Source: Malacoraja senta
Taxonomy: Eukaryota
Assembly (NCBI GenBank): GCA_038087875.1
Contig: CM075989.1
Location: 15,068,001 to 15,128,000, forward strand
Direction: 5' to 3'
DNA length: 60,000 bases
The notes below the pieces were generated by a model that was given only the letters and a program-made list of their open reading frames with translations, was not told the origin of the DNA and did no database searches. Both the position numbers and the translations under genes were made by a program. Below are positions 1-12,502 of the stretch, in pieces. Within the stretch, counting starts at the first letter, position 1, and every line of letters starts with the position of its first letter.

Positions 1-406
1 ATTATTTACATTAGAATATCTATAGAATGGGCAATGTACTTTGAAAATTATTTAAATATCCATGTAGTTCACGTCAACAAATGTTACCAGAATACTAACA
101 TCTTAAGTCCAAACTACAACAAGAAACAAGCAACCAAATATCCCTGTGATAAATTCAACATAAAACGTTTTTAAAAATAATTTGACAGTCAGTCTTGCTT
201 TGAGGATCATCTATTTTTGTCACTTACCACAATCATCTAGAAAAAACTCTATACTAATAGAAATTGTCCACAATTTGGTATTAAAAGTAGGAAGGGAAAT
301 AGTAATGATTTTCTAATTTAAAATAGTTTTTCGACTTCCAGCACGAGCTGCATTTTCACATGTTTGATATTATCACTTCTAAGGCCAACTTATGTAATTA
401 CCTTAC

Positions 407-1687
407 CTTATACTCTTGTCCCCAAATAGTTGAATTAGTTTCCTTTTTGTAGTTACCAGTTATTTTCTCCTCTGAGATAAAAAAATTCTGTTTTGATCTC
501 GGAGCTACATGAATGTGTAGTTGAGAGTTCCCAACTTTTGAACAGTAATGTTTCAGTCTTGAATGGTAACTGGAGACCAGCCGGCAGGGAACTTCAAGCG
601 AGTGGCTTCTTTGAAAGATGGGCCGCTTGCTTTGTTCATATTCATTCTCCCTATCGATCTCCCCATTATCATTTACTTGGCACTCTGAATGCTTGAATGA
701 AGGCAAACATACTGACGTGCTCCGTATTAATTTGATATCTTGATATCGCGTATGTCTAGTATTTAAAGGGCTCTGTTTAAATTCCTTTACAAATGACTCG
801 TGGTATATTTGTCCTTCCTTGGTCTCTGTTCCCACAACAAGAGCTTTCTGGCAATTCAAGTACAGAATGTGATTCGAAGGTCTGTGCAGTTTCTTCGCTT
901 TTCCCTGACACTCAGAATCTTCTTCACTGTAATCTACTGTGTGATTCTTAGCAGACTGGTAGCCATTACAGTAAAGTGGCTTAATGTCTCTGACTTCACT
1001 GGAAGAACAAGTTGGATTGGATAATCGCAGCCCATTAACTGCTGTCGCAACAAAACAAGTGCTTGTTTCTTTGGATTTAGACACAACCTGATCTTCACCT
1101 TGAATTGGGTCTTGGGAGCAAGGGAGGAATCTACTCAGTGTGGGGTTGCTGCTGCGTCCTGTAAAAGGATCTGGGCTGGTTGGAGTAGCTGGTGGAGTGT
1201 TGCAAGGACTCTGAGGAAATATCACCAGTGATGAACAGCGCCTCAGTGGCATCTTTGCTTTCCTCGACTTCACTGACGTTTTGGTAGGCGCCACGGTACG
1301 CTCTAAAAGCTCTTGGTCAAAAGATATGTTGCTACTGCGTAAAGCACGCTCACAGCTGTTGTTGTTACTAGAGTCACAATGTCTACTGGACTGTTTGGAT
1401 TGTAATGATATTTGCAACGTGGAGCTCTTTTTGCGGAGGTGATCGTTATTACTAACCTGTGGTATGAACAATGAAGAACTACGTTGCAGGATACGTTCAG
1501 TCTTTGATACGGTAGGCACCGCTGCAGGCTCAAGCGTAATCAATTGATTAACATTCTTTCTTGAATTTATTGGTACAGTCTCAACTGTCATACAAATGTT
1601 ACTCTCCAAGCCCTCTCCCGAAGTCTCGGACAGTGGGTCAGTGTTGCTCCTCCTGGTTGCAAAATGCAATCGAAAACGACGAGCCAT
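407..1687 (-). CDS. NEDD4: NEDD4 alternative first coding exon (427 aa N-terminus of the long, C2-truncated isoform)
   Basis: ATG at 1687 begins MARRFRLHFATRRSNTDPLSETSG, close to the human long isoform start MAQSLRLHFAARRSNTYPLSETSG as I recall it. Further shared blocks are KKSSTLQISLQ, PLRRCSSLVIFP, TAVNGLRLS and EVRDIKPL. The exon ends AAG|GTAAGG (phase 0 donor at 406) and lies downstream of the ...FDENRL exon, as in mammals. Confidence 0.93.
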
Positions 1688-4600
1688 TTCTCTTTTTGAA
1701 TATAAAACAAACGTGGTCCTAGTTTGGAATGGATCCGAGCTGGTTAAAACTTCACATTTTGCAGGGCAAGCTGAAGGCGAACATAGCAAGCACCGCAGTT
1801 TGGGATACAGTCACCATCAGTAGCTGTAGATAGGCAGAAATAGCTGAAGCGACAAACAGCATTCCAGTCATTATTGAACCGCAACTAGTAAGCCCAGGCA
1901 GTTAGAAATGTAAAGCAACAAAATCCATGATCGTAGGAATAGCTCCAGGAAGCCTGATTATCCATGAATGTCTGCAAAGTGTGTGAAATGAAGGCACGGT
2001 CCCTTCCACAGCGCTGAAAATTCAGCAACCTTTACAAGGAGCTCAGCTGCTGCACAGTTTGAATTCCAGCCAAGCTTGCTTCAATTAAACCTCCTTGACT
2101 TGCATGAATGACTGAATCTGACCCAAAATCAACAATCTTCTTGCATGGCGGTTTCACATATTATATCTCATCCTCACCAAGCGGGGCAAGAATGTGGCAC
2201 CACTCTACACACTGCAGCTTTTACTGTTTCCCTTGCACTGAACCAACATCATATTTTTACCCCCATAGTATTGCGTTACAGGAAATTTCAAAGAGTGACA
2301 TCCAGCAGACTTCAGTACTGAAGGGGTTTCTGAGCACTACCCACAATATTAAACTGCAGGGATATGGTAAATACACTGGAAACTACTGCTAACAACTGTG
2401 AGAGACTCTAGAGCTATGCATTAATAGTTGAACACAATTTGCTTTTGTCAGCTCTTCAATGCAAGAATTGGATCGTGGTAGATAATAATATCAAACTCAC
2501 ATTTCCAGTTCTTTTAGCTGGGCACTGAAATCCAACCATCAAAAATAGACCCTATAATGAGTAAATCTTGTCAGAAAAAAAACACAAAAACAAAACTATT
2601 ATTAGACTCCCTCTGGACTGAAGTACTGCTGGTGGTGGACTGTGAGTACTTTTCAAGCCTGTTCGGTGCAGCTAACTATGAAAAACCTTTCTCTTCACAC
2701 ACAGAAATGCCACATCCTGACATTTGAAACTCATGGCTGTGCCAAAAGAACTACATTCTTTTCTTCCTGCAGCTTTCCGATCAGCTGCAGAGATTCAAAA
2801 GCACTGAATAAGTCATTTATTTTTATGGGGAAGCATTTTTCAAATACTCTATCCTACATGTTATAATCATTAAACATAAAGCAAATCTTAACCTCAGAGA
2901 TTATTCCTTTGGCACGTGTTCTTTATATTAACACTTCAGGCAGGGAGACCACAAGTTGTTCGCAACAGAAAGGTACACTACAATTCTTAGATCAAAGTCT
3001 TGCAGGAAAAAAAGATATCAAATTAAAAAGTTATCTCAGGTTTTAGAGCAGAGAATCAGAATACAAATTTAGCCACTTCTCACGTTCCTAACATAATACC
3101 TTTTAACACAGGATATAAAAGCTTATAAGCTGCTATGCAGGAATAATAGATCATTCAGCAAAGTTGTTGAAATAAAATGTCTAACTTTTTTCAACAAACC
3201 AACAGCAAGTGTTTGGTAACTGTGTAATTACCATCTGAATGTCCTCTGGGGTTAATAGTGGCGACACAATGGAAAAATGTGCTGCTTATAATCAAAAGCT
3301 GTAACAACTGCACCATTTACTGTTGGCATTTTAACAGATGCCTTTTATGAAAATATTCTACTACTGCACAGAAGTGGAATAGTCTCGGCTGCAAATAAAA
3401 TTAAAAATGGCCCTTTGAGCTTTTCGTTTTCTACTCAGTCAAAAGGCAACCTAATCTGACAAAGTGGAGTGTGCTGCAGACATAGGTAGTTTCTTTGTCA
3501 GAATAAATACTTGCTGAAATACTCCTTTTCATAGAAATGTTCTGGCTTTAAAAAATATATAGATGTTTGGAAAGGGCAGAACCGTCTTTGTAGAAAAGAA
3601 CGCACAAATCCAGAACGGTCCAGGGTTTATTTTCCTGGAATTGCAGCCAGCCAAGGACACTCAAATTTCTGCTATCGGCTAGATCAGTTTTCTGATCATT
3701 GGACTGGCATAGAATGTTTACAGCCATTCCCTGATTTTCTACATTTACTGCTTTTCTATATTGCTTCATATTGCTTTGCCCGTGACAAAACATGCATTTG
3801 TTAAATGCTACCCATGATTATTATTCACTAACACTCATGTTTAAGCACTAACAGCTAAAATTGGAAGCAATTCAAATAAAAGTGCTGTTGGTGCCACCAT
3901 TTTGACAATTGAACAACTGTGTTTCGAGAGCAACAGAATTTCTAGAAATATAAACATTTCAAATGCGGAAGAACATTGACCGATGAGCGAATAAAACCAC
4001 ATGATAAAACAGAAGTGATGACAGTGCACTGGAAATGTTGTATGTTGACAGCAGTGTAATGAATGACAATGCTTCATTAGCAGACCATCGGCTGTGTGCT
4101 TCCAAATCGAGGAAAGGAAAACGGATTCTAAAATTACATTTACAAAATTGACATAAAACTGGAGGTCAAGACACCAGGTCGAATTCTACATCCTACTCAG
4201 CTAAAGACAGCCACCAACCAGCCTAGGGGAGGGTCCACAATGACACCTTTTGCCTGAACAGGTAACAAGCGCAGACGCATTCAAACTACACACGGAATTA
4301 AAGTCAGCCTTTATCACCAAATTATAACAATGAAAAATGCTGGAAACGTTTAGCAGGCAAACAGGCTTCTTTAGAAAGAGATACAATGAATGTTTCATTA
4401 GAAATGACCCGCTGAATGCTTCCAGCATTTACAGTCCTATTCAGATTTCCAGCATTTTTGATGCTAAGTAACATTCAATTAATTTTTGGGAACCATCCAT
4501 TGCAGCAAACCATCTATCGCTTCACAAAGCGGGACAGGTTACACTTTGCTTGATTTTAAAACAAACTATCACTATGGCTTTTACTTCGAGTAAGCAGACA

Positions 4601-4839
4601 TCAACAGGTTAGTAAAATATTAACATAATCTCATACTTGACTCAACACTGATATAGTAGAACTTGAGAGATCCTTTACACTTTTTCCAAAAATTCCAGGT
4701 AAAGATGCAATAGGACCTCTTTTATACTTGAACTGCATGGAAAATGAAAGTAGGATTTACCTATCTTACACATACACATGGGAGCATTTATTTTACTTTG
4801 GAACAATTATTTCTGGCCGATATGGGTTACACAACTCAC

Positions 4840-4893
4840 CAATCGATTTTCATCAAACACTTCAAAGAGAATCCGATGATGCCCAGGATGAAC
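4840..4893 (-). CDS. NEDD4: NEDD4 C2-domain exon (VHPGHHRILFEVFDENRL)
   Basis: 54-nt exon with ctag acceptor and gtgagt donor, phase 0/0. Human NEDD4 has VHPQQHRLLFEVFDENRL. Not in the ORF track. Confidence 0.96.
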
Positions 4894-4994
4894 CTAGGAA
4901 ACAGTATAAGGATAAAAATACACTCATTAGTAAATACACCTTTCACTGCATTGTCTATCCAAATAGCAATTCAACAGTATAAAATATACATTGT

Positions 4995-5168
4995 AAGAAG
5001 GCAGTGGAGATCAATTCACTGGATGTTTTCAAGAGAGTTAGAATCTTGCTGTCAGGGCTAACGGAATCAAGGGATATGGGGAAAAAGCAGGAATGGGGTA
5101 CTGATTTTGGATGATCATATTGAATGGCGGGGATGGCCTACTTCTGCACCTATTTTCTATGTTTCTAT
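4995..5168 (+). mobile_element. CR1 LINE 3' end fragment
   Basis: Matches the 3' end of the CR1 copies at 24047 and 27042 (gagagttagat...gcacctattttctatgtttctat). Confidence 0.8.
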
Positions 5169-5858
5169 TCTCAGTTCATACTTTGCCAGCCAAACTAAAA
5201 AAAATATTTAAAAACAATGACCATGAGTTTTGTCTATTAGTCTGAAAGCAGGCTAAAATAAATGCAGCCAAGGGAGTGCTTCACCTTAGAATAATCACCG
5301 ACTCAACCCACCAGGGACCTCCAGCCCTATACACGGAGAAGGCAGCAGATGCCACATTGGCCTGGTCATGCTACTCAGAACCTACATAACTATAACACAA
5401 GCAGTCATCCTCAATCCTGAGGGACTGCTAGCAACGATGGCGACAACAATGACCTTCAATTATTACCACACAACCCAAACTGACGCAGTATTTATTTCAA
5501 AAAACTTAAATAATATTTTATCTGTTCCTCAAAACGTAGGACCAATAGCTTAAATTATTACATGACAACATCTACAATCTGAAGTTAGGTAAAAATAGCA
5601 CCGATGGTAGATGAACCAATGTCCCCAGATCATACATAATGGAACCCTTGACATCATTTCAGAACGATTGTCGGACACAATTCATAAAATTATTCCAAAT
5701 ATATCAAACAATGGAGAATTGAAATATGAAATGAGGTACAATTGTGCTTGACTATTGCAATTGTGCTTGATTTTAGGACAGATACATGGATGGAGTGATG
5801 GGGGCTGCAGGTGACCTGGCAGAAGCACACAAGACTGCTGGATACATTGAATAGTCAG

Positions 5859-6168
5859 GTTTAGTTTAGTTTATAGATACAGTGCGGAAAGAGGCCCTTC
5901 GGCCCACAGAGTCCGCACTGACCAGCGATCCCCGCACATTAACGCTGTCCTACACACACTGGGGACAATTTTACACATACACCAAGCCAATTAACCTACA
6001 AACCTGTACGTCTTTGGAGTGTGGGAGGAAACCGACGATCTTGGAGAAAACCCACGCTGTCACGAGGGGAACGTACAAACCCAGTACAGGCGGCACCTGT
6101 AGTTGGGATCTAACCCAGGTCTCCGGCCCTGCAAGCGCTGTAAGGCAGCAACTCTACTGCTGGGCTGC
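5859..6168 (-). mobile_element. tRNA-derived SINE (HE1/V-SINE-like)
   Basis: Reverse complement has gtagagttgctgccttacagc, the central ttctcc...tttcctcccacactccaaagac block and a (ctaaa)n tail. Confidence 0.85.
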
Positions 6169-6253
6169 GTGGTATTCAATTTTTTGTTGTTAATTCAGAG
6201 ATGTGGGCTTTATAAGCAGAGCCAACAGTGAATTACCCATCCCTCGTTGTCTT

Positions 6254-7086
6254 TGAGAAGGCAGTCAAATGGTGCGCAGAAAACAACCTCCAGCTTAACA
6301 CCTCAAAAACCTTAGAAACCATCATAGATTTCAGACGCAAACAAAACCTCAAACCCGCGGTCCATGTCAACTCCCATCCCATAACCTCCACGAACTTATT
6401 TAAGTTTCTGGGCACCTATATCTGCAATAATCTAAAATGGCACATCAATGCTGACCACATCATTAAGAAAGGACAACAACGCCTATACTTCCTCAGACAG
6501 CTCAAGAAGTTCAGAGTCCACAAACACCTCCTGGTACGCTTCTATCAATCCATCATTGAAAGCATCATCACCTCCTCAATCACAGTCTGGTACGGAAACA
6601 CTGACAGTCACTCACTACACAGAATACAGCGCATTGTCTCCAAGGCCTCTAGGATCATCAACTCTCCCCTCCCCTCAATCCATTCCATTTACCTCCAACG
6701 TACCTCAAAACGGGCAACAAAGATCATCTCGGACCCCTCCCATCCAGCAAACCACCTTTTCCAGTCTCTCCCTTCAGGGAGGCGCCTTAGGTCACTTGCT
6801 ACAAAATCCACCCGTTTTAAAAACAGTTTCTTCCCCTCAGCAATAAGAACACTTAATTCCCTCCAATAACTTTTTGACTTTGATGTATACAGTGTCTTGT
6901 CTATGGTTTTTGTCTGTTCTTTTGCACTATGTATTGTTGGTGAGATTTGTGATTTGTGATGTGCTTTATTATTATTGTTGTTAGTGTTAATGTGCTAAAG
7001 CAGTGTACCATCATGTACCGGACCCAATTACCACCAACCCTGGTCGTGTGGCAAATAAAGTTTCTATTCTATTCTATTCTATTCTA
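6254..7086 (+). mobile_element. 5'-truncated Rex1/Babar-type LINE with open RT C-terminus
   Basis: Open frame with NNLQLNTSKT, FKFLG, QQRLYFLRQL, HPANHLF-LPSGRR and FKNSFFP; (ATTCT)n tail; 7-bp TSD TTGTCTT at 6247-6253 and 7087-7093. Confidence 0.88.
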
Positions 7087-7107
7087 TTGTCTTCTTAAAC
7101 CACAGAA

Positions 7108-7428
7108 GGGGCGGCTCTGTGACGCAACAGTAGAGATACTGCCTTACAGCACCAGAGACCCAGGTTCAATCCAGACTATGGGTACTGTCTGCATGGAGTT
7201 TGCGTGTTCTCCCTGTGACCACATGGGTTTCGATACGATACGATAGAACTTTCTCTATTTCTTCCTCCAGGTACTCTGGTTTCCTCCCACAATCCAAAGT
7301 CGTGCAGATTGTAGGTTTATTGGCTTCTATAAATTATCCCTAGTGTGTAGGATAGAACGAATGTACGGGTGATTGATAGTCACCACGGACGATGAAGGGC
7401 CTGTTTCTATGCTGTATCTCTAAACTAA
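7108..7428 (+). mobile_element. tRNA-derived SINE (HE1-like)
   Basis: tRNA-like head with B-box-like ggttcaatcc and tail gggcctgtttctatgctgtatctctaaactaaa. Confidence 0.85.
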
Positions 7429-7435
7429 AGTCCTT

Positions 7436-7935
7436 GAGCCGTGGGTACACCCACAATGCTATTAGGGAGGGATTTTGACCCAGCAAGAGTGAAGGAACGG
7501 TGATATATTTTCAAGTCAAGATGGTGTCGTAGCTTGGACGTCAACTTCCAAGTGGTGGTGTCCCCATGCTTCTGCTACCCTAGCTGGCAGAAGTTATGGG
7601 TTTGGAAAATGTAACGAGTCAAGGTGACTTGCTGCCATACTTCTTGTAGATGGTACAAACTGATTTAGTGTGGATGTGGTGCCTGTCAAGTGAGTTTCTG
7701 TGCCCTGTAAGGTACTTCTTGAGTGTCGAAACTGCACTTGTCCTGGCAAATGACGAGTATCCCATCACATTCCTGACCTAAGCCTTGCAGACGTTGGACA
7801 GACTTTGGAAGCGAGTTACTCGCTATAGGATTCCTAGCCTCTGATTTGCTCTTGTAGCCACATTTTGTACATGGCTACTCCTGCCCAATGTCTGGCCAAT
7901 GGTAACCCCCAGAATATTGAAGGAGGTGGATTCAG
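7436..7935 (-). mobile_element. Old CR1/L2-group LINE fragment
   Basis: Reverse frame encodes ILGVTI...ATRANQRLGIL. Similar to the plus-strand decayed LINE at 21660-21940 and 23005-23150. Confidence 0.6.
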
Positions 7936-8251
7936 TGATGGTAAAGCTAATGGGGGGGTGTGGAGAAAATAAAATAAATTTTGTCTGCCGTACCACGTCA
8001 TTTTCCCATGGTAGAGGAATCAAAACCAAGCACAAGTTTAAAATAAGAGGATGGTGTTTTAAAGGGGATCTGAGGAGTAAGTTCCCCCCCCCCCCCCCCA
8101 CAGAAGGAGTGGTTGATATCCATCAGAGGAAGTGTTATTGTTTATCATTATTCTCTTTTTATGTTGTTTTGTTTTTGTTTTTGAAAAAAAATGAATTAAA
8201 AGATTTTAAAAGAAAGAAAGAAAGGAAGTGGAGTAGGCAGATAAGATAGGA

Positions 8252-8390
8252 TCAGTCTGAAAGAAGGGTCTCGACCCAAAACGTCACCCATTCCTTCTCT
8301 CCAGAGATGCTGCCTGTCCTGCTGAGTTACTCCAGCATTTTGTGAATACCTTTGATTTAAACCAGCATCTGCAGTTCTTTCCAACACATT
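8252..8390 (+). mobile_element. Penelope-derived short element with degenerate hammerhead core
   Basis: ctgaaagaagggtctcgacccaaaacgtc...gctgagttactccagcattttg, flanked by AGATAAGAT at 8239-8247 and 8391-8399. Confidence 0.75.
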
Positions 8391-8559
8391 AGATAAGATT
8401 AAGATGTTTAAGAAACATTTAAACACTTATATAGGCACGGCAAAGAAGGATCTGACCTTAATGTAGGTAAATGGGATTAGTGTAAACAGGCAAACCAGTC
8501 AGCTAAAGAGCCTTTTTCAATGCTGTGTGACTGTGACACACATCTAATTTACTCTTCAA

Positions 8560-8936
8560 CATATAAAACATAAAATTCTTAAGGGATTGGACTGGCTGGA
8601 TGCAGGAAAAATGTTTCCCATGTTGGGGGAGTCCAGAACCAGGGGGTCACAGTTTAAGAATAAGAATAAAGAATAAGGACTGAGTTGAGGAAAAACTTTT
8701 TTACCCAGAGAGTTGTGAATCTGTGGAACTCTCTGCCACGGAAAGCAGTGGAAGCCAATTCACTGGATGTTTTCAAGAGAGTTAGATTTAGCTCTGAGGG
8801 CTAACAGAATCAATGGATATAGGGAAAAAGCAGGAACGGGGTACTGATTTTGGATGATCAGCCATGATCATGTTGAATGGCGGTGCTGGCTCAAAGGGCA
8901 GAATGGCCTACTCCTGCACCTATTTTCTATGTTTCT
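8560..8936 (+). mobile_element. CR1 LINE 3' fragment
   Basis: Encodes YKILKGLD..LDAGKMFPMLGESRT and ends in the CR1 tail ttttctatgtttcta. Confidence 0.85.
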
Positions 8937-9491
8937 AATATCCTTTCCATCTATTGGAGACATAATAAACAGTCCAAATATGCACATTTGCTGGGGATTT
9001 TAATCTAATAATTATCTTCTGAGACATGATCCCTCTTTCCACATTGTAATATTCTCGCTTCTCAATACTACCATTAACCTTCCTTTCCTGAACACCTTGA
9101 ATCCAGAAACATTTGGAATCCATTCCTGTCTGCTTTAAAGCCAGCTGTTCTCCTTGGAACCAAGGTTGCCAGGTGATTGGATCGAGATATTTGTAATTAA
9201 GGATATAAACAGGGTCGGAAGAGATAATCTGTTCCCTATTATGGGAATACAGGATGAAAGTGTTTGGCACAAGAACTGGTGACGTTAGGATAAAATTTCA
9301 AAACAAAGTAAATTGTTCAGGTCTGGAATAAACTGCTGGAGTAATAGTAGAAGCAGATTCAACCGAATCATTCAAAAATGAGCTGGATTAAGTATCTACA
9401 AGAAAATAATATGTGGGACAGAGGTGTTGTCTACTTGATTGCCTTTGCACGGAGTCATTATGAATTAAACAAGCTCAACACCCTTATCGTG

Positions 9492-9766
9492 GTATATCTC
9501 CATCTTTTCTTTACTTATTTCTTTTCTTTTCTCCTGCACTTCTTTGGTAGTTTAGGGGTCTTTTTCCTGCTCTTTTGTATTTTACTTTTTTTTTTCTTCA
9601 TTCTCTTCTTTCTTCTTTCTTCGTTTTCCCTTTTTTATTTTTCCTTTTTTTAAAAAAAATTTGATTTAGGTGATAAGGTTAAAAATGAAGCTGTGCAATA
9701 ACTGCTATGTCGATCGTCTTATCCTTGAACAATTGCTTCTAATAAAATTAAAAAGAAGAAAAAACC
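9492..9766 (+). mobile_element. L1-clade 3' UTR fragment
   Basis: T-rich UTR, AATAAA and A-tail like the L1 copies at 48850 and 56387; 13-bp TSD CACCCTTATCGTG at 9479-9491 and 9767-9779. Confidence 0.75.
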
Positions 9767-10166
9767 CACCCTTATCGTGTGCTGAATCTTCTCTAGAAAG
9801 TCATCTGTCCCATTTCCAAAAATAATGCTTTCCATTTCCCACACATCATTGGATTTCTATGTTCTACATCCTCTCTGGGACCTACACAATAACCTTTCCC
9901 CTCAGGAGCATATCTGCTCATTCTACATGTAGCGCAAACAGCGAAAACCCCTTGCAACTATGGAGCTTGTCAACACATTCAATACACCCTCTGCTTGCCA
10001 GCATCGCTGTTCTACATGAATAACCCTGCTCTCCATTTCACTCCTGCCATACCCTCAAGCAGCAAACTTGGAGATGTAAGAGACTGCAGATCCCAAAATC
10101 CTGAGTTAAAAAAGAGAGCTCCACTGGGTTCCCCCTGCAGTTTTTTTAACTCAACACCCCAAACTT

Positions 10167-10260
10167 CAGTCTGAAGAAGGGTTTCGGCCTGAAACGTTGC
10201 CTATTTCCTTCGCTCCTTAGATGCTGCCGCACCCACTGAGTTTCTCCAGCATTTTTGTGT
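10167..10260 (+). mobile_element. 94-bp Penelope-derived element with hammerhead core
   Basis: CTGAAGA-AGGGTTTCGGCCT-GAAACGTT core; 11-bp TSD ACCCCAAACTT at 10156-10166 and 10261-10271. Confidence 0.8.
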
Positions 10261-10914
10261 ACCCCAAACTTGATGTTTATTTCGGATTTGTGAGTTCTTT
10301 CCTGTACAGACTTTTATTGAAAGCAGCAACTTACTACTAATGTCCAGCAATGCTAAATCACAAGGTATACTCAGTTCCTAAGAAGCTACTGCTCGTTTAT
10401 GTATAAAACATTCTCAACGCATCCACCTTGCCAAAACCTCTCAGAATCTTGCAGGCTTTATTGAAATATTTCCATCCTGCACAACCCTGAGAATAAACTC
10501 CAAAATTGCTGTCTTTCCCCAAGGAGATACCTTGCATCCCAGCAGCCTTCACCACAATGCCTAGATATCAAGCACCTGAGCCCTGTGGGAGATCTCTGGG
10601 TCAAAATATGAAACTTTTGTCAAAGGAACAATACAGGGCCCTGGCCATCAGGATCATAGTGATCTGCTCAACCAGATTTTAGTAAAGTAAACACTGCTGA
10701 GGTGCAGGACTTCACTGGTCTGGTGGCTTCCTTTCCAGATTCATGCCTTTTCCATTTTTCTGTGAAGCATTTCCCAGCGAATACTACACCCATGCCCAAC
10801 CATTAAAAAAACACCTTGCAAATGGAAGGGTTCTTAATGCTCCAAGAACAGTGCATCTGGGTGGATGGTGGAACCATATATTTGCCATAAACAAATAGGA
10901 AAGTCTTTAACTTA

Positions 10915-11225
10915 TTTTAGTTCAGTTTAGAGATACAGTGCGGAAACAGGCCCTTTGGCCCATAGAGACTGTGCCGACCAGCAATCCCCACACACTAACA
11001 CCATCCTACACACACTAGGGACAATTTTTCATTTACACCAAACCAATTAATCTACAAACGTACGTCTTTGTAATGTGGGAGGAAACCGAAGATCTCGGAG
11101 AAAACCCACGCAGGTCACGGGGAGAATGTGCAAACTCAGTACAGACTGCACCCGCAGTCGGGTTCGAACCCAGGTCTCCGGCGCTGTAAGGCAGCAACTC
11201 TACCACTGCGCCACCATGCCGCCCA
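10915..11225 (-). mobile_element. tRNA-derived SINE (HE1-like)
   Basis: Full head ggcggcatggtggcgcagtggtagag (A box) and ggttcgaacc (B box), plus the (ctaaa) tail. Confidence 0.88.
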
Positions 11226-12502
11226 ACTTGTGATGACAGTTTATGCAAGAATAAAGCAACACAAGAAAAAAAGAGTGGTAGGAGGCCAACAAGCCTATTG
11301 AACTTGCTCCACCAATCGACATGATCATGGCTGATCCAATTTTTGCCACAACACCATTTTCCTGCTTTCTGCCCATTACCCTCAACTGCATTGTTGGTTA
11401 AATGTCCATAAATTTCTATCTTAGATATAGTCAATGCCTCCATAGCTTTCTGAGGTAGGGATTTCCCAAACCTCAGATTAAAATGCTTGTCTCCATCTTA
11501 AGGCAACCCCTTTGTTTGAAATTGTGCTCTCTGTTTCTAAATATAACCATGATGGAGAGTAGCCCGTCAATATCCATCTTATTGAGTCTGTGGAACTTGT
11601 GGTTCAACACAATCTCTCATTCTACCCAATGCCAATGAGAAGAGGTCCACCCAGCTCAAAGTTCCCTCGTGCATCTATTCAGTTTAGTTTATTGTCACGT
11701 GTACCGAGGTCCAGTGAAAAGCCTTTGTTGCGTGCTAACCCATCAATGGCAAGACAATACATGATTACAATCGAGCCATTTACAGTGTATATATATATAT
11801 ACATGATAAAAGATTCCTTTATCATAGAAATCAACATGGCGAACCTTCTCTGTACCGAATGTGGGCAAATGGGATTAGTGTAGATAGGCAAAAGCGTCAG
11901 CATGGACATGGTGGACGGAAAAGACTGTTTCTGTTACTCCAAGACTTCCTTGAGCTATCTTTATTCTTTGCAAGCCCATTGTGTCCTCCACACAATTTGC
12001 TGATTGGCTTGTAACATCCCAGAGGTTATAGCTGGACAAATGTCTTAAAATGTCTTATTTATTCGCCCAAACCTGATCCAAGTTAATATATTACCCACAA
12101 CTCCATGTTCTCCTGTACAGTAATTGTTTGTGAGACATCTTTAAAAAATCCATCTGGAAATCCAACTACATATCTATCTACAGACCCTCGTACGTTACAT
12201 CCTCATTCTCTAGCAAACTCGTCAAACACTTCTTTTCACAAAACTACATTAAATCTGCTCGATTGATTTTTAAATGTCCTGCAATTAGCTCCTTTATAAC
12301 GGGTTCCAGCACTTTCCCAATGACAATGTAAGATATTACTCATTAATTATTAAAAATTGGAAATACAGAACAGACGTTAAAATGGAAGAAAGAAAATTAG
12401 AATGATTAACTCCGGGCATAAATCATCCATAAATTGAAACTTGTGTTAAAATACGTAATATGCTCTGGTTGTGCACGTTAGATTCTGGATGATAAAATCA
12501 AT

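Noticed and set aside
398..1789. 463-aa ORF as a stand-alone single-exon gene
   Set aside because: The listed start is TTG. Homology begins at Met35 (1687) and a strong donor precedes the stop, so it is a NEDD4 exon.
12221..12232. EVFDE-encoding match on the minus strand
   Set aside because: No splice sites or flanking similarity; the true exon is at 4840-4893.
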